Source of the DNA: Pristiophorus japonicus
Lineage: Eukaryota
Reading direction: 5' to 3'
Assembly (NCBI RefSeq): GCF_044704955.1
Contig: NC_091999.1
Coordinates: 22,940,001-23,004,000, forward strand
Length of the DNA stretch: 64,000 nucleotides
This document shows positions 57,735 through 64,000 of the stretch, one piece after another; the stretch's first letter is position 1; the number at the start of each line of letters is the position of its first letter. The notes below the pieces were generated by a model. The model had not been told where the DNA came from and searched no databases. It was given only the letters and a program-made list of their open reading frames with translations. The translations under genes and the position numbers were made by a program.

Positions 57735-60641
57735 ATGAGGAAAAGTGTAGGGCAGAGAAACCCAAGGCAAAGAACAAAAAGGGCCACTGTACAGCAAAAT
57801 TCTAAAAGGACAAAGGGTGTTAATAAAACAAGCCTGAAGGCTTTGTGTCTTAATGCAAGGAGTATCCGCAATAAGGTGGATGAATTAATTGTGCAAATAG
57901 ATGTTAACAAATATGATGTGATTGGGATTACGGAGACGTGGCTCCAGGATGATCAGGGCTGGGAACTCAACATTCAGGGGTATTCAACATTCAGGAAGGA
58001 TAGAATAAAAGGAAAAGGAGGTGGGGTAGCATTGCTGGTTAAAGAGGAGATTAATGCAATAGTTAGGAAAGACATTAGCTTGGATGATGTGGAATCTATA
58101 TGGGTAGAGCTGCAGAACACCAAAGGGCAAAAAACGTTAGTAGGAGTTGTGTACAGACCTCCAAACAATAGTAGGGATGTTGGGGAGGGCATCAAACAGG
58201 AAATTAGGGGTGCATGCAATAAAGGTGTAGCAGTTATAATGGGTGACTTTAATATGCACATAGATTGGGCTAGCCAAACTGGAAGCAATACGGTGGAGGA
58301 GGATTTCCTGGAGTGCATAAGGGATGGTTTTCTAGACCAATATGTTGAGGAACCAACTAGGGGGGAGGCCATCTTAGACTGGGTGTTGTGTAATGAGAGA
58401 GGATTAATTAGCAATCTCATTGTGCGAGGCCCCTTGGGGAAGAGTGACCATAATATGGTGGAATTCTGCATTAGGATGGAGAATGAAACAGTAATTTCAG
58501 AGACCATGGTCCAGAACTTAAAGAAGGGTAACTTTGAAGGTATGAGGCGTGAATTGGCTAGGATAGATTGGCGAATGATACTTAGGGGGTTGACTGTGGA
58601 TGGGCAATGGCAGACATTTAGAGACCGCATGGATGAAGTACAACAATTGTACATTCCTGTCTGGCGTAAAAATAAAAAGGGGAAGGTGGCTCAACCGTGG
58701 CTATCTAGGGAAATCAGGGATAGTATTAAAGCCAAGGAAGTGGCATACAAATTGGCCAGAAATAGCAGCGAACCTGGGGACTGGGAGAAATTTAGAACTC
58801 AGCAGAGGAGGACAAAGGGTTTGATTAGGACAGGGAAAATGGAGTACGAGAAGAAGCTTGCAGGGAACATTAAGGCGGATTGCAAAAGTTTCTATAGGTA
58901 TGTAAAGAGAAAAAGGTTGGTGAAGACAAACGTAGGTCCCCTGCAGTCAGAATCAGGGGAAGTCATAACGGGGAACAAAGAAATGGCGGATCAATTGAAC
59001 AAGTACTTTGGTTCGGTATTCACTAAGGAGGATACAAACAACCTTCCGGATATAAAAGGGGTCAGAGGGTCTAGTAAGGAAGAGGAACTGAGGGAAATCT
59101 TTATTAGTCGGGAAATTGTGTTGGGGAAATTGATGGGATTGAAGGCCGATAAATCCCCAGGGCCTGATGGCCTGCATCCTAGAGTACTTAAGGAGGTGGC
59201 CTTGGAAATAGCGGATGCATTGACAGTCATTGTCCAACATTCCATTGACTCTGGATCAGTTCCTATGGAGTGGAGGGTAGCCAATGTAACCCCACTTTTT
59301 AAAAAAGGAGGGAGAGAGAAAACAGGGAATTATAGACCGGTCAGCCTGACCTCAGTAGTGGGTAAAATGATGGAATCAATTATTAAAGATGTCATAGCAG
59401 TGCATCTGGAAAATGGTGACATGATAGGTCGAAGTCAGCATGGATTTGTGAAAGGGAAATCATGCTTGACAAATCTTCTGGAATTTTTTGAGGATGTTTC
59501 CAGTAAAGTGGACAAAGGAGAACCAGTTGATGTGGTATATTTGGACTTTCAGAAGGCTTTCGACAAGGTCCCACACAAGAGATTAATGTGCAAAGTTAAA
59601 GCACATGGGATTGGGGGTAGTGTGCTGACGTGGATTGAGAACTGGTTGTCAGACAGGAAGCAAAGAGTAGGAGTAAACGGGTACTTTTCAGAATGGCAGG
59701 CAGTGACTAGTGGAGTGCCGCAAGGTTCTGTGCTGGGGCCCCAGCTGTTTACATTGTACATTAATGATTTAGACGAGGGGATTAAATGCAGTATCTCCAA
59801 ATTTGCGGATGATACTAAGTTGGGTGGCAGTGTGAGCTGCGAGGAGGATGCTATTAGGCTGCAGAGTGACTTGGATAGGTTAGGTGAGTGGGCAAATGCA
59901 TGGCAGATGAAGTATAATGTGGATAAATGTGAGGTTATCCACTTTGGTGGTAAAAACAGAGAGACAGACTATTATCTGAATGGTGACAGATTAGGAAAAG
60001 GGAAGGTGCAACGAGACCTGGGTGTCATGGCACATCAGTCATTGAAGGTTGGCATGCAGGTACAGCAGGCGGTTAAGAAAGCAAATGGCATGTTGGCCTT
60101 CATAGCGAGGGGATTTGAATACAGGGGCAGGGAGGTGTTGCTACAGTTGTACAGGGCCTTGGTGAGGCCACACCTGGAGTATTGTGTACAGTTTTGGTCT
60201 CCTAACTTGAGGAAGGACATTCTTGCTATTGAGGGAGTGCAGCGAAGGTTCACCAGACTGATTCCCGGGATGGCGGGACTGACCTATCAAGAAAGATTGG
60301 ATCAATTGGGCTTGTATTCACTGGAGTTCAGAAGAATGAGAGGGGACCTCATAGAAACGTTTAAAATTCTGACGGGTTTAGACAGGTTAGATGCAGAAAG
60401 AATGTTCCCAATGTTGGGGAGGTCCAGAACCAGGGGTCACAGTCTGAGGATAAGGGGTAAGCCATTTAGGACCGAGATGAGGAGAAACTTCTTCACCCAG
60501 AGAGTGGTGAACCTGTGGAATTCTCTACCACAGAAAGTAGTTGAGGCCAATTCACTAAATATATTCAAAAGGGAGTTAGATGAAGTCCTTACTACTCGGG
60601 GGATCAAGGGTTATGGCGAGAAAGCCGGAAGGGGGTACTGA
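57735..60641 (+). CDS. CR1 ORF2p (APE endonuclease plus reverse transcriptase), 968 aa from the first ATG
   Basis: [44 protein letters not shown] and FADD motifs, with no interruptions. Confidence 0.97.
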   Translation: MRKSVGQRNPRQRTKRATVQQNSKRTKGVNKTSLKALCLNARSIRNKVDELIVQIDVNKYDVIGITETWLQDDQGWELNIQGYSTFRKDRIKGKGGGVALLVKEEINAIVRKDISLDDVESIWVELQNTKGQKTLVGVVYRPPNNSRDVGEGIKQEIRGACNKGVAVIMGDFNMHIDWASQTGSNTVEEDFLECIRDGFLDQYVEEPTRGEAILDWVLCNERGLISNLIVRGPLGKSDHNMVEFCIRMENETVISETMVQNLKKGNFEGMRRELARIDWRMILRGLTVDGQWQTFRDRMDEVQQLYIPVWRKNKKGKVAQPWLSREIRDSIKAKEVAYKLARNSSEPGDWEKFRTQQRRTKGLIRTGKMEYEKKLAGNIKADCKSFYRYVKRKRLVKTNVGPLQSESGEVITGNKEMADQLNKYFGSVFTKEDTNNLPDIKGVRGSSKEEELREIFISREIVLGKLMGLKADKSPGPDGLHPRVLKEVALEIADALTVIVQHSIDSGSVPMEWRVANVTPLFKKGGREKTGNYRPVSLTSVVGKMMESIIKDVIAVHLENGDMIGRSQHGFVKGKSCLTNLLEFFEDVSSKVDKGEPVDVVYLDFQKAFDKVPHKRLMCKVKAHGIGGSVLTWIENWLSDRKQRVGVNGYFSEWQAVTSGVPQGSVLGPQLFTLYINDLDEGIKCSISKFADDTKLGGSVSCEEDAIRLQSDLDRLGEWANAWQMKYNVDKCEVIHFGGKNRETDYYLNGDRLGKGKVQRDLGVMAHQSLKVGMQVQQAVKKANGMLAFIARGFEYRGREVLLQLYRALVRPHLEYCVQFWSPNLRKDILAIEGVQRRFTRLIPGMAGLTYQERLDQLGLYSLEFRRMRGDLIETFKILTGLDRLDAERMFPMLGRSRTRGHSLRIRGKPFRTEMRRNFFTQRVVNLWNSLPQKVVEANSLNIFKRELDEVLTTRGIKGYGEKAGRGY

Positions 60642-60741
60642 AGTTTCATGTTCAGCCATGAACTCTTTGAATGGCGGTGCAGGCTAGAAGGGCTGAATGG
60701 CCTGCTCCTGCACCTATTTTCTATGTTTCTATGTTTCTATT

Positions 60742-61605
60742 GCAAAATCTGCATCGCCCCTCTCTTTTGTGAAAACAAATGCAGGGTATTTATTAAGAAT
60801 TATATTCACATCTTCTGCTTCCACACACAGATTTCCTTTGTGGTCTCTAATAGGCCCCATTCTTTCTCTAGTTATCCTCTTAATGTATTTATAATGTCTA
60901 CCTGTCCTGAAACCTTCATGTGTCTGTGGATATGCACTCCTACGTCTCTTTATTCATCTACACTTCTCAGTATCCTTCGATTCATTGTGTATTCCCTTGC
61001 CTTGTTAGCCCACCCAAATGCAAGACCTCACACTTCCGCGGATTGAAGTCCACTTGCTACTATTCTGCCCACCTGATCAGTCCATTGACATCTTCCTGCA
61101 GTCTATAACTTTCTTCTTCATTATCAAACACAAGGCCAATTTGTGTGTCATCTGCATACTTCCTAATCATACCCTATAGATTGAAGTCCAAATTATTGAT
61201 AAAAAAGGGACCTAGGAGTGAGCCCTATGGATTCCCCACTGGAGACAGCCTTCCAGTCTCAAAAACACCCATCAACCATTAACCTTTGCTTCCTGACTCT
61301 GAGCCAATTTTGGATCCAACTTGCCACTTTGCCTCGTATCCCAATTGCTTATACTTTTGTGACCAGTCTGCCTTGTGGGACTTTATCAAAATCGCTGCTA
61401 GAATTCATATACACATATTCAAATGCACTGCCCTCATTAAATTTTTTGAGGGGCTATACAGGAGAGTCAATCGGTAGACAGACCCGGCTTTCCCTTAACA
61501 AATCCATGTTGACTGTCCTTGATTAATCCGTGTCTTCCCAAATGAAGATTTATCCTATCTCTCAGCATTTTATCCAAACATTTTCCCACCAACGAGCTGA
61601 GGCTC
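60742..61605 (-). mobile_element. Degenerate CR1 ORF2 fragments
   Basis: Reverse-strand GPIRD.KGNLCVEAED and KMLRDRINLHLGRHGLIKDSQHGFVKGK. Confidence 0.8.
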
Positions 61606-62045
61606 TCCCCAGCTTGAAGAGGATCTAGGTCCCAGTTTTGTTCAGGTGCATCCCGACTGGCTTGTCCAGGTCCCACCGCCCCCAGAAACAGTTGCAATAC
61701 CACAGGAATTTAAAGTCTTCCCTCCTGCATCGTCTCAAGCCACATATTGACCTGCTCGATCCTCCTATTTCTGTACTCACTAGCACGTGGTACTGGGAGT
61801 AATCTGGAGATTACTACATTTGATATCCTGTTTTTTAGTCTCCTTTCCAGCTCCCTTAAAACTGCCTGAAGGACGTCATCCCTCTTTCGACCTTTGTCAT
61901 TGCTGACAATATAGACCACGACTTCTGCTATTCACCTCCCTCCCCCCCGTTCCCTCACAATGTCCTGCACCCTTTCAGTGACAAACCTTGACCCTGGAAC
62001 CAGGGAGGCAATAACTATCCTGCAGTCACGTCTGCAGCCTCCAAA

Positions 62046-62196
62046 CGTCCTTATTACTAGGGGGATCAAGGGGTATGGCGAGAAAGCAGGAATGGGGTAC
62101 TGAAGTTGCATGTTCAGCCATGAACTCATTGAATGGCGGTGCAGGCTAGAAGGGCCAAATGGTCTAGTCCTGCACCTATTTTCTATGTTTCTATGT
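62046..62196 (+). mobile_element. 5'-truncated 3' end of the young CR1 family
   Basis: Near-identical to 60586-60741, including the tail. Confidence 0.9.
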
Positions 62197-62744
62197 ATGT
62201 CTATTCCCCATGTATCAAATGACCTACCACTATTGCTCTTCCACTCTTCTTCCTTCCCTTCTGTACAGCTGAGCCACCCATGGTTCCATGGACTTGGCAC
62301 TGGCTTCACTCCCCAGAGCAACCATCATGCTCCTCATTAACCAGAACTGAAAAGCGGTTAATGAGTCAGGCGATTCCTGTCCTACATGCCAGTTCCTCCT
62401 TGTCTGTCTGACGATCTTCCATTCCCTCTATGCCTGCACACTTTTAAGCTGCTGGGTGACTACCTCCTGAAATACGTTATCCTCGAAGCTCTCAGCCCCG
62501 CGGATAGACTGCATTGACGCTAGCAACTGCTCAAGCTCCGAAACCTGGTGTTCAAAATGCACCCCTATTATAAGGAATCTATATGGGTAGAGCTGCAGAA
62601 CACCAAAGGACAATACACGTTAGTGGGAGTTGTGTAGCGACATCCAGACAGTAGTAGTGATGTTGGGGAGGGCATCAAACAGGCCATTAGGGAGCTGGCG
62701 ACACTTCCCGCAACGTGGTCATCCAGATGTTCCCACATGGCCCA

Positions 62745-63062
62745 GTATGTGTATTCCATGGGACTGTGCTGCCTGACCAGGATGTACATTCCATGGGACG
62801 GTGCTGCCTGCCCAGGATGTACATTCCATGGGACTGAGCTGCCTGCCCAGGATGTACATTCCATGGGACTGAGCTGCCTGCCCAGGATGTGCATTCCATG
62901 GGACTGAGCTGCCTGCCCAGGATGTGCATTCCGTGGGATTGAGCTTCCCTGCCCAGGATGTACATTCCATGGGACTGAGCTGCCTGCCCAGGATGTGCAT
63001 TCCATGGGACTGAGCTGCCTGCCCAGGATGTGCATTCCAACCGACTGTGCTGCCTGCCCAAG
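62745..63062. repeat. 35-bp minisatellite (~9 copies)
   Basis: Unit ccatgggactgagctgcctgcccaggatgtacatt starting at 62756, 62791, 62826 and onward. Confidence 0.95.
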
Positions 63063-63119
63063 ATATAAATTCTCTGCAGACAGTTCTAGTTTCTCTGGAA
63101 CATTCTTTACTCTCTTGCT

Positions 63120-63375
63120 TATCCTAAGCTGTATAATTAGTCCACTCCACTGTTCTGCCTCATAACCCTGTAAATCTTTGCAACTCAAATATTTATCTCT
63201 TTTGCACGTAAAGGGTGAATCTGCCTCCACCACCCTTACAGGCAGTGCGTTCCAGGCCATAACATTTCGCTACTGAATGTTTTTCGCTCTTGTGGCATCT
63301 GGTTCATTTGCCAATCATGTTAAATCGGTGTCCTATGGCTACCGAGCCGTCTGACACTGAAAATGTTTTCCTTCA
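63120..63375 (-). mobile_element. Degenerate CR1 3' fragment
   Basis: Reverse-strand WNALPVRVVEADS…KRDKYL. Confidence 0.75.
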
Positions 63376-63669
63376 TTAAGAGGGTTGGTGGGCTGGAGGA
63401 GGTTACAGAGATAGGGAGTGGCGAGGTGTTGGCGGGATTTGAACAAGAGGAGGAGAATTTTAAAGGCTGAAGCTACCCGCCGTCTCCCCCAGTGCAGAAT
63501 GTGGTTCTCTATTAACAGGAAGGATTTTTGTTTCACAACTAAAGATGCATAATGAGGGGAAATCAATCTGTGTACCTTTAACTAACAGCGAAATGGAAAG
63601 AGAGAAATGGATGGCCTTTAAACACCTGGTTATCGACCCACGAAACTGTAAATTATTTCTCATTATATA

Positions 63670-63790
63670 ACCATAGAAATTTACAGCACGGAAGGAGGCC
63701 ATTTAGGCCCATCGTGTTTGCGCAGACTGATAGAGAGCTATCCAGCCTAATCCCACTTTCCAGCTCTGAGTCCGTAGCCTTGTAGCTTAC
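63670..63790 (-). mobile_element. CR1 3' tail fragment
   Basis: catagaaatttacagcacggaaggaggccatttaggccc. Confidence 0.7.
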
Positions 63791-64000
63791 AGAGGCGTGA
63801 GTTCGGTGCCATTGGGCAGCGCGGGCCAGACCACACAGTGATATGTGTGCACACTTGGTCCGTGCAACAGAGCACATCTAGGATAACCCTTGCCACTGGA
63901 ATAAGACCTAGCTCTGTCAAGCCCGTGTGGCGGCTGGTGTGTAACGGCCACCACACGTTAAAAAAATCCATGCACAAGCATCTTCCACCCGTCAGGATGT

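Larger units (their letters stand above)
56490..60741 (+). mobile_element. Full-length, apparently intact CR1 LINE
   Basis: GC-rich 5'UTR with TGACGTCA, two intact ORFs, a 3' stem-loop region and a (TTTCTATG)n tail. Confidence 0.95.
61606..63062 (-). mobile_element. Degenerate CR1 ORF1 region with nested insertions
   Basis: SNDKGRKRDDVL…VVISRLLPVPRASEYRNRRIEQVN.WL, QVSELEQ.LAS.QSIR and AMWE.LDDHV are homologous to ORF1 at 56710. Confidence 0.8.

Noticed and set aside
63790-64000. Possible RTE-type LINE 5' region
   Set aside because: Only a vague resemblance, with no ORF and cut by the window end. It cannot be supported without a search.

Overview
This is a cartilaginous-fish (shark-type) genomic window. 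Its backbone is one complete but pseudogenised IgM heavy-chain cluster on the minus strand: leader 44904-44859, VH 44731-44431, JH 44020-43971, Cmu1-Cmu4 37421-32793, a secretory tail and poly(A) signals near 2350. The RSS pattern suggests a germline-joined VD-DJ configuration. The secretory-tail codons (…MDAF|NSCQ*) are split by a 30,350-bp nested insertion: a 5'-truncated CR1 LINE that itself carries a ~28.4-kb head-to-tail array of Tx1-clade (L1 group) retrotransposons. Every Tx1 3' end sits next to the same 15-16-bp motif GGTCCTTGTGCATGAA, which is CR1 RT-coding sequence, so this looks like a LINE that specifically targets another LINE. Upstream of the Ig cluster are an N gap, inverted 27-bp minisatellite arrays, a CRE/FOX/ETS motif cluster, DeuSINE-like elements, many CR1 fragments and one intact full-length CR1 (56490-60741). 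That CR1's ORF1 ends in a correctly phased U_UUA_AAC slippery heptamer, and the -1 frame is open straight into ORF2. The window begins in a probable ERV 5' LTR with a tRNA-Arg primer-binding site. Family assignments rest on recognising motifs and recalled reference sequences; no searches were run.
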